Assembly (NCBI GenBank): GCA_965221345.1
Contig: CBDCSD010000001.1
Coordinates: 1,062,455-1,126,454 of the forward strand
Direction: 5' to 3'
DNA: 64,000 bases
Origin: Caldilineaceae bacterium
GTDB taxonomy: Bacteria; Chloroflexota; Anaerolineae; Caldilineales; Caldilineaceae
Shown: one piece after another, positions 1-9,594 of the stretch
Layout: the number at the start of each line of letters is the position of its first letter
Position numbering within the stretch: the first letter of the stretch is position 1
Notes under the pieces: model-generated
Databases searched by the model: none
What the model was told of the DNA's origin: nothing
Seen by the model: the letters and a program-made list of their open reading frames with translations, nothing else
Program-made: the position numbers and the translations under genes

Positions 1-1310
1 GCGGATCGTAATCGATCCATTTGCCATCGATTTCCGGGTCGTATTTGCCCGATTCGTTGATGCCCTGCCCGACTTCACCAAAACCACCGTAAACCGTTTC
101 CAGGATCAGGTTGCGGTCAACAGCGATCGACAAAGCCCGCCGGAAGTCCGCCTGGTCAAGAACCTCAGCCCAGTTGGGATCGACGTGGGCCGTATTGAAG
201 CCGACGCCCAGGTTTGTTTCTCGCTGGTAGAACAGCGTGTCGATTTGGGACTTTTCCTCATTCTCTTTGAACAGCGTGATATCGGCACCGGTGGTCGTTC
301 GGCGTATGTAGTGTGTTTCCCCGGCCAGGAACTTGAGCCTCTCGGTCTCGCCATCCGCGTCCCCCAGCAGGAAGTTCTCGCAATGGTCGGTGTAAGGCAA
401 CTGCCGGCCTTGCCTGTCTACTGCCCAGTAGTAGGGATTGCGTTCCAGACGGACCAGTTGTCCCTCCTTGTAGTCTACGATGCGCCAAGGCCACAGCACC
501 GGGCGCTCGGGGTCCTCCAAATAGCGGGGCAGTAGCCTGAGGGCGTCAAACATTTCCTGGAACTGCTCCTTCGGATCCTTGCCTGAAATCGGGTTAAAAG
601 CCGGGTGGAACTTCTCCACGAAATGAGGGGCGCAGCGGTCTATCGGCGAGGTCTCGCCGCCGGCAAATCCCTGGCTCTCCAACAGAAACAGGGGCTTGGA
701 CTTGCCGAACTTGATTTGCAGCGTGTAGTCATCAACGGCGATCAGTTCGTCCGCGCCAGGATCCAGATTGTACAGGCTTTGCGGGGAGTCCGCGAACTCC
801 GATGTCACAATGTGGTCCCACCACCACAAGATATCGGCGGTCGTATAAGGCTCACCGTCGGACCACCTGACGCCTTTGCGCAGGAAAAAGGTCAGCGATG
901 TGGAATCATCCGAGAACTCCCATCCCTCCGCAAAGTGCGCCACGAATTCACTGCGATCGGAAAGCAGCCGTGCGTAGTTGACCTGGGCCAGCATGTCGAT
1001 GTCCTTGACATGACCCAGTTTCAAGGTGCCGCCATAGCGGGCCTCCTCCGGCTCGAGAATCTGAACATCCTTGGCGTCCCAAACCAGTGGATTCTCGGGC
1101 AGGCGCTGTTCGAGCGGCGGCAACGTGCCGGACTCGACCATCTCGGCCAGCATCGGCGCCTCCGGTCCAGACGGGGCTGCGGGCGCCGCCTCCATCTCCG
1201 CGGGCGCCGCCTCCTGCGCCGCGGGGGCGCATGCCGCCATTATGGCACCTGTCGCCGCTATCGCAGACAGACGCAAAAACGTTCGACGCGTGATCTCTCG
1301 CTCTGACATG
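1..1310 (-). CDS. ABC transporter substrate-binding protein, family 5 (peptide/oligosaccharide type); C-terminus lies beyond the window start
   Basis: Not in the ORF track because it has no in-window stop. Reverse-strand translation from ATG 1310-1308 (AGGAGG about 8 nt upstream) reads MSEREITRRTFLRLSAIAATGAIMAACAP (twin-Arg signal, lipobox Cys). It continues with RYGGTLKLGH, LTFFLRKGVRWSDGEPYTTADILWWW and LERNPYYW, typical of SBP_bac_5, and stays open to position 1. Confidence 0.8.
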
Positions 1311-1762
1311 GATCTTCCTCCTTGTGTTGAACTGCCGCGAGTTACATTTTCTTTAGAATCACGGAAGCGCGACGTTTTTGCAGGAGCGCCAGACAACAAT
1401 TCGCTATTGTCTCTACAATATCGCCGGAGAGAAAAATGGTATATTAAAGTATAAGTGTGGAATTCCGGCCTGTCAAATACGATTTTTTCGTCCCACCGTC
1501 GAATCTGCGCGGGATGGGGAATAATCGACGGTTCGAACTACCCGGCCGGGCGCCGGAGACCGCGCCGCTCTGACCGCCAACCTCCGGGCGAAGGCTGATT
1601 AGCGGCATAGAGGATTCTGGCGGTGGTCATGCCCGTTGTCGTGCCTCAAGCAGCGCGCAAGGCCGCGGTGGGGGAGATGGGGGACGGGGGAACTGGATAC
1701 GCGTCAACCTTCAGGCGGGAGGGCCGCCGCGAGTGATCAAGTTCAGCGTCGGCTATCGGAGT

Positions 1763-3010
1763 CTAGCGTTCGAAAACCTGCTCGTCCTCTTCCAGGCCGG
1801 CCAATACCTCGGTGCGCTCACCGTCGCTTACGCCAAGAGTGATGTCGACCTCGACCGTGCTTTCACCCTCTTTGACCAGCGCGTAGCGCCGGTTGAAGTA
1901 ACTGTGGATCGCGACATTCGGGATGGTCAGGATGTTCTCCTTTCGTTCCACAACAATGCGTGGATCGGCAAAGGCTCCGATCTCCAACTCCATGTCGGGC
2001 GCAGAGAACTCGATCCGAATTGGTAGCCCTTCGTCGCCTCCGGTGGGTGTTGAGGCCTGGATTAGCAGGCCCTTTACTTCCCTCCGTGGGTAGTCGCGGA
2101 AAAGGATCGTCACTGTTTGACCGATCCGCAACTTCGGCAACTCCTCCTCGCCGGGAGACGAGCTTCTGACCTCCAGGGCGTCCGGCGCTGCCAGCCCCAT
2201 AACCGGTGCGTATTCTGCGATCAACTGCCCAACTTCGCCGTCCGTGTAGCGCACCACCCCGTCGAAGGGCGCCAACAACTGCGCCTGCTCGATTCGATCC
2301 TGGAGCATCTCCACATCAATCGCCATGAGCTCCACCTGCGCCTGGTAGAGCGCAATCTCACGGTCATGCTGATCCGCCAGCAGCTTGAACCTCGTCTCCG
2401 CGGCTGCGGCCGTCAACTCCAAGCGCGCGATGTCGGGTTCGTCTGCGCCGCCGCCTGCCTGTTCCAACGCCAGCCTGTCCATTTCCAGGGTCGCCACTGC
2501 CTCCGCCAATTCCAGAGCTTTGGCTCCCTGGGCCGCGTGCAGCCGCAGTCGGGCGATCTCCAACTGTTTCTGCGCTTTGGCAAGTTCATGCGGTAGAAAG
2601 CCGACATCCAGCTCGGCCACCAGCTGTCCTGCCTCTACGGTGTCGCCCGCATCGACAAGAAATCCGTTCAGGCGGCCACCGATGCGGAAGGAGAGGTTCA
2701 CCCGCCGCTCTGAATCTACCAAACCCAACAGTGTCACGCTGTCGACGATATCGCCGCGTTCAATTCGGTGAACCGTTTTGGGGAGCGGTACGGGCGTGGG
2801 AATAGGAGTAGGAGTAGGGGTAACCAATACGTCGCCGGGCAACCGTTCACAACCGGCTAAAAGCGCGGCCAGAATCAGCAGGCAGACAGCCAGGCAAAAG
2901 GGAAAAATGACAGAACCCGCAAGACATTCCGTTTTCGCGCCAAGCGGCAAATGAGTTGGCGCAGAACGAGGCCAAAGAAGTGGAGCGAATGGCTTGATGC
3001 TCCGTCCCAT
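1763..3010 (-). CDS. HlyD-family / efflux periplasmic adaptor-like lipoprotein, with no transporter partner nearby
   Basis: Part of ORF 1763..3322. It has a hydrophobic signal ending LAALLAGC, a lipoyl-like IGGRLNGFLVDAGDTVEAGQLVAELD, a long coiled-coil stretch and a beta-barrel tail. Start placed at ATG 3010 (MGRSIKPF, AGGA upstream). The upstream 104 codons run through a heptamer repeat and overlap the next gene. Confidence 0.6.
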   Translation of the reverse strand: MGRSIKPFAPLLWPRSAPTHLPLGAKTECLAGSVIFPFCLAVCLLILAALLAGCERLPGDVLVTPTPTPIPTPVPLPKTVHRIERGDIVDSVTLLGLVDSERRVNLSFRIGGRLNGFLVDAGDTVEAGQLVAELDVGFLPHELAKAQKQLEIARLRLHAAQGAKALELAEAVATLEMDRLALEQAGGGADEPDIARLELTAAAAETRFKLLADQHDREIALYQAQVELMAIDVEMLQDRIEQAQLLAPFDGVVRYTDGEVGQLIAEYAPVMGLAAPDALEVRSSSPGEEELPKLRIGQTVTILFRDYPRREVKGLLIQASTPTGGDEGLPIRIEFSAPDMELEIGAFADPRIVVERKENILTIPNVAIHSYFNRRYALVKEGESTVEVDITLGVSDGERTEVLAGLEEDEQVFER

Positions 3011-3127
3011 TTTTTCCTGGATCGGTCTTCTCCGCATTGCCAATGGCTTCTTGTCGATCTTCGCATAGCCTAATCTATTGCAGATCATCGCGGGATTCTG
3101 CTCTCTGCGGCGGCCCTTCGCTCGTTC

Positions 3128-3225
3128 TGACCACTGACCACTGACCACTGACCACTGACCACTGACCACTGACCACTGACCACTGACCACTGACCACTGA
3201 CCACTGACCACTGACCACTGACCAC
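3128..3225. repeat. Perfect heptanucleotide tandem repeat (TGACCAC)x14
   Basis: Counted directly: 14 uninterrupted 7-nt units from 3128 to 3225. The tract lies 5 nt beyond the stop codon of the oxidoreductase gene (3231) and about 120 nt upstream of the HlyD-like start. Confidence 0.97.
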
Positions 3226-3230
3226 TGGGT

Positions 3231-4337
3231 CTACACGGTCTCCTCGGGTCTGACCTCGCGTCCCTCTTGCGCCGACAACTGCGCCGCGCGACAGAACCGG
3301 AGTACCTCCTTACCCTCCTCACCGCTCAGCGGCGACTGCCGTCCCTCCGCAATGGCGTCAACGAAGTCGTGTACGCCGGCCACGAAACTGGTTCCCCAAT
3401 CCGAGTCTACCTCGGGAAACTGCGTGGTCTTGCCGTCCCGGTACATCTCCAACGCCGGTCTGTCCAGCAGCATCGAGGTACAGCGGTTCACCCAGATGAA
3501 GCCGTGCGAGCCGGTCAACTCGACCCACTCGTCTTCAGGGCGTCCGTACTTGGTTGGAACCAGCATGTCGTCGGAGGTGACTGCTTCGTAGGAGCCGTAC
3601 TTTTCGCCGTTCCGGTATTTCCAGATGACGACCGCCGGGCTGTCAAGCATCCAACCATGTTGTATCGGGCGGTGTGTGATCCAGGCGAACACCTTTTCCA
3701 CCGCGCCCAAGTACCACCGGGCAATCGAAAAGAGATGGTATCCATAATCTAGGATGACCCGACCTCCGCCGCTCTGGGCAGGGTCGAACCGCCATACCCA
3801 GCGCCTGTAGGGTATCTCCCAGTCCTCTCCCGTGGTACCCTGCACGCACTTGATGCGTATCGAAAGCGGCTCGCCAATCGCACCGGCGTCGAGAAGCTGC
3901 TTGGCCTTGACCAGCGGCGGATAAAAGCGAAAGTTTTCAAACACGCGCATCAACTTGCCCGCACGCTGCGCAGCTTCGATAATCGCATCGCACTCGGCAA
4001 CGCTGATCGCCATCGGCTTCTGGATGGAGACGTGCTTGCCTGCCTCCAGCGCCGCAATGCCCATCTCCGCATGAAGATGGTGGGGCGTGATCACCTCCAC
4101 CGCATCCACTTCGGGGTCGGCGAGCAGATGCCGGTAGTCGGTGTACGTCTTCCCAACCTGCCACTCGGAGGCGCGCCGCTGCAGCAGCGCCTCGTCCACA
4201 TCGCAGACGGCGTGAAGTTCCGCTTTGGGATTGTCCTTGTAGCCGAGGTAGTGCAGGTCGGTGATGGCGCCGGCGCCGATGAAGCCTACGCGCAGCTTCT
4301 TCGTGCCGCCGCGGAGGCGTTGCGCGCCGCCGCTCAT
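3231..4337 (-). CDS. Gfo/Idh/MocA family oxidoreductase
   Basis: N-terminal Rossmann motif LRVGFIGAGAI, then EVDAVEVITPHHLHAEMGIAALEAGKHVSIQKPMA, typical of the family. Its ATG overlaps the upstream stop in an ATGA junction at 4334-4337. Confidence 0.9.
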   Translation of the reverse strand: MSGGAQRLRGGTKKLRVGFIGAGAITDLHYLGYKDNPKAELHAVCDVDEALLQRRASEWQVGKTYTDYRHLLADPEVDAVEVITPHHLHAEMGIAALEAGKHVSIQKPMAISVAECDAIIEAAQRAGKLMRVFENFRFYPPLVKAKQLLDAGAIGEPLSIRIKCVQGTTGEDWEIPYRRWVWRFDPAQSGGGRVILDYGYHLFSIARWYLGAVEKVFAWITHRPIQHGWMLDSPAVVIWKYRNGEKYGSYEAVTSDDMLVPTKYGRPEDEWVELTGSHGFIWVNRCTSMLLDRPALEMYRDGKTTQFPEVDSDWGTSFVAGVHDFVDAIAEGRQSPLSGEEGKEVLRFCRAAQLSAQEGREVRPEETV

Positions 4338-5974
4338 TGCTCCCCCTCAAACATGCGCGCCGACGGTTCCATTATCGGCCATGGCAACGTTCCCGGCAGT
4401 TCGATCAACGCACTCCTGTCCGCTTCGATCGCCTTCGCAACCGCAGGTCCAAGCTGTTCGATCGATGTCACCCTGCAGCCGTCAACGCCGAACGCCCCCG
4501 CCAGCGCGACGAAGTCCGGGTTCACAAGGTCGACCGCGTGTGCCTGCCCGTAGCGTGCCATCTGCTGTGGCTTCAAAACACCGTATGCCGAGTCGTTGAA
4601 GACCAAAGTGACAATCGGCACATCAAGCTGCACCGCGGCCGCCAGCTCCTGGCAATTGAACAGGAATCCACCGTCGCCGCAAAGCGCTACCACCGGTCGG
4701 TCCGGCCGCGCTACCTTGGCCCCGATCGCCGCCGGCAGCCCGAAGCCTAGCGTGCAGAACCCCCACGGGTATATGTTTGTGCGCGGCTCATATATGTCGA
4801 GCAGACGCCGGCACCAATACGCCGCCACCGTCAAATCGCTCACGATGATCGTATCGCGCGGCAGCGCCTTTCGCAGCGTCTGTACAAGTTCAACGCCTTC
4901 GGGAGCGCGCGCCTGACAGTAGCGCCAAATCTTCTGCCGCAATTTGGCGATCCCAGCGGCACTGCCATTTTCCTGCCTACCCAAATCCTGCAACTGCGAG
5001 TTGATCAATTGCAGCGCCGCGCGCGCATCTCCCACAACGCCGACCGTGGCCGGATAGTTGCGGTCGATCTCCTCCGGATCGATATCGATGTGGATCAGCG
5101 AGTCCGGCATACACAAGCCCCAGCGATCCGTCTCTTCCTCGGTAAAGCGCGTGCCGACCGCCAGCATCAGATCAGATTCGGCCAGAAACGCCCGCGCGGC
5201 AGGATGCAGGATGGTTGCGCCGGCGGCCAGCGGGTGGTCGTCTGCAACCGCGCCTTTGCCCAGCACCGTCGTGAAGATCGGCGCCTGCAAACGTTCGGCC
5301 AGCTGGCGCACCTCCGCGCCGGCACCACTGCTGATCACGCCCCCGCCCGCCCAGATGACCGGCCGCCGCGCCGCTCGCAACAGCCGCGCCGCCCGCTCCA
5401 CCTGCTCCGGTTCCGGCCCCGGCCGATCCACCGCAGCCGGCGCGGGCATCGTCACCTCGTCACTTTCGTCCAGCGTATCGCAGGGAATCTCCACCGCCGT
5501 CGGCCGCGGCCGACCGCTCAGCATCTGCGCGAACGCCTCCCGCATCACACCGGGGATCGCCTCCACCGTGTCCGCGCGCGCCCGCCACTTCGTCACCGGC
5601 GCAAAGCTCCCCAACTGGTCCTGGCACTCATGCAGATAGCCCTTGTCCAGCCCAATCCCCTCTGCCGGGATCTGGCTGGCAATGCACAAAACGGGCGAAG
5701 AATCGCTGAAGGCCGTTCCCAGCGAGGCCAGCGTGTTGAGGGCGGCCGGCCCCGTCGTGCTAATGCATACTCCGACCTCGCCGCTCGCCCTGGCATAACC
5801 ATCGGCCATAAATGCTGCACCCTGTTCATGGCGGGCAAGGATGTGCCTGATGCCGCCTGCCGCGCGCAATGCTTCGTATATGCCAAGATTGTGCGTGCCC
5901 GGAATGCCGAACACCGTGTCGACGTTGTGTGCCGCCAGCGAACGAACAACAGCCTCACCACCGGTTAAGCGCAT
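4334..5974 (-). CDS. Thiamine-pyrophosphate-dependent enzyme (acetolactate synthase-like family)
   Basis: MRLTGGEAVVRSLAAHNVDTVFGIPGTHNLGIYEAL..HEQGAAFMADGYAR..STTGPAALN matches the TPP_enzyme N-terminal signature. The C-terminal CGDGGFLFNCQELATAV-like segment fits a TPP-binding motif. Confidence 0.88.
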   Translation of the reverse strand: MRLTGGEAVVRSLAAHNVDTVFGIPGTHNLGIYEALRAAGGIRHILARHEQGAAFMADGYARASGEVGVCISTTGPAALNTLASLGTAFSDSSPVLCIASQIPAEGIGLDKGYLHECQDQLGSFAPVTKWRARADTVEAIPGVMREAFAQMLSGRPRPTAVEIPCDTLDESDEVTMPAPAAVDRPGPEPEQVERAARLLRAARRPVIWAGGGVISSGAGAEVRQLAERLQAPIFTTVLGKGAVADDHPLAAGATILHPAARAFLAESDLMLAVGTRFTEEETDRWGLCMPDSLIHIDIDPEEIDRNYPATVGVVGDARAALQLINSQLQDLGRQENGSAAGIAKLRQKIWRYCQARAPEGVELVQTLRKALPRDTIIVSDLTVAAYWCRRLLDIYEPRTNIYPWGFCTLGFGLPAAIGAKVARPDRPVVALCGDGGFLFNCQELAAAVQLDVPIVTLVFNDSAYGVLKPQQMARYGQAHAVDLVNPDFVALAGAFGVDGCRVTSIEQLGPAVAKAIEADRSALIELPGTLPWPIMEPSARMFEGEQ

Positions 5975-6077
5975 TGATCAGTAACTCCTGTGAATTGTGG
6001 ACAGAGGATAGAATACACCAGTGGATAATAGACAATGGGCACCGACATCTCTAGCGGTCGGACATTGCAGTTACCAA

Positions 6078-6098
6078 CCACTAGCCACTAGCCACTAA
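6078..6098. repeat. Short heptamer tract CCACTAG-CCACTAG-CCACTAA, related to the 3128-3225 unit
   Basis: Read directly. The third unit merges into the left terminus of the IS. Confidence 0.6.
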
Positions 6099-7592
6099 TA
6101 CTACAACCGCACATTGATAAGATAGGGTTCCTTCGGCGATAATGAGAGCAAGCAAGCTAAGCTGGAGGAGCTATGGAACTGAGCGAATTGGACAGATGGG
6201 CGGACGAATTTGAAGCGTTTCACAGTCGGTTTTCCTCGTTGTTTGGACGTAGAGAGGTACAACAGCAAGCGGTAAAGTATGTGCAAGGGTTGGTGTCGCC
6301 GGTGGAACGGAAGAATGGCTGGCAGTTGGCGGAAGCGGTGGGCGACAAGAGGCCGGATGCGACGCAACGATTGCTGTACAAGACGAAGTGGGATGCAGAA
6401 GCGGTGCGAGATGCGTTGCAGCGATTTGTGATAGAGGGGTTCGGCGATGCGGAAGGCATCGGGGTGGTCGACGAGACGGGATTTCTCAAGAAGGGGGCAA
6501 AATCGGCGGGCGTACAGCGTCAGTATAGTGGAACGGCAGGCAAGGTGGAGAACTGTCAGTTGGGCGTGTTCCTGACCTATGCGACGACGCAGGGACATAC
6601 CTTTCTGGACCGACGGCTCTATCTGCCTGAGGAATGGTGTGCGGACAGAGAGCGCTGTAAAGAAGCGAAAGTGCCTGCCGACGTCGGATTTGCCACCAAG
6701 TCTGAACTGGCGGCTGCGATGTTGCGCCATGCGTGGCGGCTGGGTGTGCCGATGCGCTGGGTGACGGCAGACGAGGTCTACGGTGAGGCGCGTGCGCTGC
6801 GATATGCGGTGGCCGAAAGTGGTCGTTGGTATGTGTTTGCTGTGGGGGTCCAGAACAGCGTATGGCTGGTGCGTCCAGAGGTAGGCGTCCCTGCCTGGAA
6901 GGGAAACGGTCGCAAACCTTTCAAAGCGCGCGTTCTTGATGAAAGCGCACGACCGGTACGGATCCCCGCGGTGGTCGCATCCTGGCCTGACAGCCGTTGG
7001 CAACGTCTGCAGGTCGCGGCAGGGGAAAAAGGAGCTCGCATCTACGACTGGGCCTGCCAACGGGTCGTGGAAAATCAAGACCAGATGCCGGGACGGGACA
7101 GCTGGCTCCTGGTGCGACGTTCGCTGACCAAGCCGCACGAATGCGCCTACTTTCTCTCCAATGCGCCGCCTGACACTGCGCTGCTGACCCTGGCCCAGGT
7201 CGCCTCGACTCGCTATACCATTGAACAGTGTTTCGAAGAGGCCAAAGGCGAAACCGGCCTCGACCACTATCAGGTGCGCTATTGGCCCAGTTGGTATCGA
7301 CACATTACACTCTCGATGATGGCACATGTATGGCTCGCCTGGCTCCGTCTCAGACGCAACCAGAAAAAGGGGGGCTTGAATCCTTTCTGGCCGAGTTGAG
7401 CGTGCCTGAAATCAGGCGTCTGCTTGAAATCGCCTTGCCCTTGCCACCTCGTTCGCCCCCCTTACGGCTTGCCTGGTCCCTCTGGCGCCGCGCCAGACGA
7501 CATCAAGCTCGTCAATGTCACTGCAGACGCCTCTCCCAACTCTCTGTCATTCCATCCCTATTGCAACCGCCTTAAATGCGGTTGTAGTATTA
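6096..7592 (+). mobile_element. IS701-family insertion sequence, apparently intact (1497 bp)
   Basis: Perfect 16-bp terminal inverted repeats: TAATACTACAACCGCA at 6096-6111 and its reverse complement at 7577-7592. They enclose a single full-length DDE transposase ORF. Confidence 0.88.
6173..7399 (+). CDS. IS701-family DDE transposase
   Basis: 408 aa. MELSELDRWADEFEAFHSRF..VERKNGWQLAEAVGDKRPDATQRLLYKTKWDAEAVRDALQRFV..GVVDETGFLKKGAKSAGVQRQYSGTAGKVENCQ is the conserved IS701-type N-terminal block. Confidence 0.88.
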   Translation: MELSELDRWADEFEAFHSRFSSLFGRREVQQQAVKYVQGLVSPVERKNGWQLAEAVGDKRPDATQRLLYKTKWDAEAVRDALQRFVIEGFGDAEGIGVVDETGFLKKGAKSAGVQRQYSGTAGKVENCQLGVFLTYATTQGHTFLDRRLYLPEEWCADRERCKEAKVPADVGFATKSELAAAMLRHAWRLGVPMRWVTADEVYGEARALRYAVAESGRWYVFAVGVQNSVWLVRPEVGVPAWKGNGRKPFKARVLDESARPVRIPAVVASWPDSRWQRLQVAAGEKGARIYDWACQRVVENQDQMPGRDSWLLVRRSLTKPHECAYFLSNAPPDTALLTLAQVASTRYTIEQCFEEAKGETGLDHYQVRYWPSWYRHITLSMMAHVWLAWLRLRRNQKKGGLNPFWPS

Positions 7593-8540
7593 CGCGTCGA
7601 CCCCAAACTCCGCCTGGAATTTCGTCCACACACTTTCGTCGACAGGTGTAGCCGCGGCGCGGATGTTTGCCTCCAGCTGCTCAGCGTTCAGGCTGCCGAT
7701 CGGGTTGCCGTGGATGCGCTCTTCACGGAGGCAGAACTGAAGCGCAAGCTGTAAAAGGTCAACATCCTCTTGTTGACACCAGTGCCAGATTTTGCGCGCC
7801 TCTTCTATATCGCTCTCGCCCTTATAGCCGCCCTTTTCCCGAGCCTCTTCGATATCGGCTCCGGTGAGCAGCCCGCGCAGGATCGACCAACCGTTGAGCA
7901 CGCCGACGTCGGCCGCGGCCGCGGCGGGCAGCAGCTTGTCTGCCGCAGTCTGGCGAATCAGATGGTAATCGTTGAAACAGAGCAGGAAGTCGACGTCCCC
8001 GGTGGCAATCGCCTGCAGATGAAAGTCGTGCGGGTTCATTCCGAAACCGACATGGCGGACCTGGCCGCTCGCTTTGAGCTCTAGTAGACCTGCCAGCGTG
8101 CCATGCTTCGCCAGTGTAGGTTCCATCCGCGTCGGATCGTGGATCAACATGCCGTCGAAATAGTCGGTCCCCAGAATCTCCAGCTGATCCTCTACGTCGC
8201 GAATGGCGCGGTCCGCCGAAAAGTCGGCTTCACTATCGCCGCGGTACCCGCCCCAAGCCGCGTTGGAATGGCAGCAGAGGCGCCCGGTTACGATGACATC
8301 GCCGCGCGGGATTTCGCGCAGCGCCAGTCCCAACTTGCGCAGCGAGTCCCCGTAACAGCGGGCGCAGTCGAAATGATTTGAGCCCAAGGACACCGCGTGC
8401 TTCACCAGGGCCACGGCATCCTCGTCGCTGACAAATCCAAAGTGGTTGCCGAAGCCCTGTGTGCCAAAGGGAATGACGGGTATCTCAAGCTCGGTGCGGC
8501 CGAGACGGCGGCGGGGCATCGAAAGGGCGGCTTGGTTCAT
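7590..8540 (-). CDS. Aldo/keto reductase (paralog 1)
   Basis: 316 aa. RRRLGRTELEIPVIPFGTQGFG..HFDCARCYGDS is typical of the AKR family. The stop codon TAA (7590-7592) lies inside the IS right terminus. Confidence 0.88.
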   Translation of the reverse strand: MNQAALSMPRRRLGRTELEIPVIPFGTQGFGNHFGFVSDEDAVALVKHAVSLGSNHFDCARCYGDSLRKLGLALREIPRGDVIVTGRLCCHSNAAWGGYRGDSEADFSADRAIRDVEDQLEILGTDYFDGMLIHDPTRMEPTLAKHGTLAGLLELKASGQVRHVGFGMNPHDFHLQAIATGDVDFLLCFNDYHLIRQTAADKLLPAAAAADVGVLNGWSILRGLLTGADIEEAREKGGYKGESDIEEARKIWHWCQQEDVDLLQLALQFCLREERIHGNPIGSLNAEQLEANIRAAATPVDESVWTKFQAEFGVDA

Positions 8541-8634
8541 AGCTTTTCTCCTAGGTTGAATATAGGTTTACGCCATGCCGGGTTGTTCCGTATCATGGCT
8601 TGACTAAAAAGTTGATCGATCTGCGCCATACTTC

Positions 8635-9591
8635 TCAATGCCGCGCATCGACACCGAATTTTTCCTGGAATTTGGCCCACACGCTTTCGTCCAGCGGCGT
8701 TGATGCGGCACGGATGTTGGCCTCAAGTTGCTCCACATTCAGGCTGCCAATCGGATTTCCGTGGATGCGCTCTTCCCGCAGGCAGAACTGGATCGCCAGT
8801 TGGAGAAGATCGACCTCCTCCTCCCTGCACCACTGCCACATGGCGCGAGCCGCCTCGGCGTCGTCGTCATGCCGGTGGCGGCGTTGCCCAATCACCTCAT
8901 CGATATCGGCGCCGGTCAGCAGGCCGCGCAGAATCGACCAGCCGTTCATGACGCCAACATCGGCTGCGTGGGCCGCGGGCAATACGGTGTCGGCGGCGGT
9001 TTGGCGGACGAGATTGTAGTCGTTGAAGCATAGGATCAGATCGACTTCGCCAGTCGCAATTGCCTCTACGTGGAAATCATGCGGTTCCATCCCATATCCG
9101 ACATTCCGCACCAATCCGCGTGCTTTCAACCGCAGTAGACCGGCAAGAGTACCATCTCTGGCCAGCGTGGGTTCGATACGATTAGGATCGTGGATCAGCA
9201 TGCCGTCGAAATAGTCGGTCCCGAGCAGTTCCAGCTGGTCTTCCACGTCGCGTATGGCGCGTTCGGCCGAATAATCGGCTTCCCCAGCACCGCGATAACC
9301 CCCCCAAGGCGCATCCGAGTGACAGCAAAGGCGTCCTGTGATGATCACTTCGGGGCGCGGAATCTCGCGCAAGGCCAGGCTCAACTTGCGCATCGAGTCT
9401 CCGTAGCAGCGGGCGCTGTCAAAATGATTGGCGCCCAGTGACACCGCATGCTTTATCAGGCCAACGGCATCCTCGTCGCTGACGAAGCCGAAGCTGTTGC
9501 TGAATCCCAGCGTGCCAAAGGGAATTACGGGAATCTCGAGTTCGGTGCGGCCGAGGCGGCGGCGAGGCAGCGAAAGGGGCGCTTGGGTCAT
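8635..9591 (-). CDS. Aldo/keto reductase (paralog 2, tandem duplicate)
   Basis: 318 aa, colinear with and highly similar to 7590..8540 along its whole length. It ends KFGVDARH where paralog 1 ends EFGVDA. Confidence 0.88.
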   Translation of the reverse strand: MTQAPLSLPRRRLGRTELEIPVIPFGTLGFSNSFGFVSDEDAVGLIKHAVSLGANHFDSARCYGDSMRKLSLALREIPRPEVIITGRLCCHSDAPWGGYRGAGEADYSAERAIRDVEDQLELLGTDYFDGMLIHDPNRIEPTLARDGTLAGLLRLKARGLVRNVGYGMEPHDFHVEAIATGEVDLILCFNDYNLVRQTAADTVLPAAHAADVGVMNGWSILRGLLTGADIDEVIGQRRHRHDDDAEAARAMWQWCREEEVDLLQLAIQFCLREERIHGNPIGSLNVEQLEANIRAASTPLDESVWAKFQEKFGVDARH

Positions 9592-9594
9592 TGA

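Noticed and set aside
3011-3322. N-terminal extension of the HlyD-like ORF, translating the heptamer tract as SGQWSVV repeats
   Set aside because: The extension overlaps the 3-prime end of the oxidoreductase gene by 92 nt and is Arg-rich and low-complexity. It is open only because seven-nt repeats lack stops in that frame. A signal peptide begins after the internal ATG at 3010.
6101-7327. 408-aa minus-strand ORF inside the IS
   Set aside because: It mirrors the transposase ORF. The translation has no transposase-like motifs, while the plus-strand product has the IS701 signature.
7564-7584. Hairpin CAACCGC-CTTAAAT-GCGGTTG at the IS right end as a terminator
   Set aside because: Half of it is simply the terminal inverted repeat sequence. 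The stem is short (7 bp) and has no T-tract.
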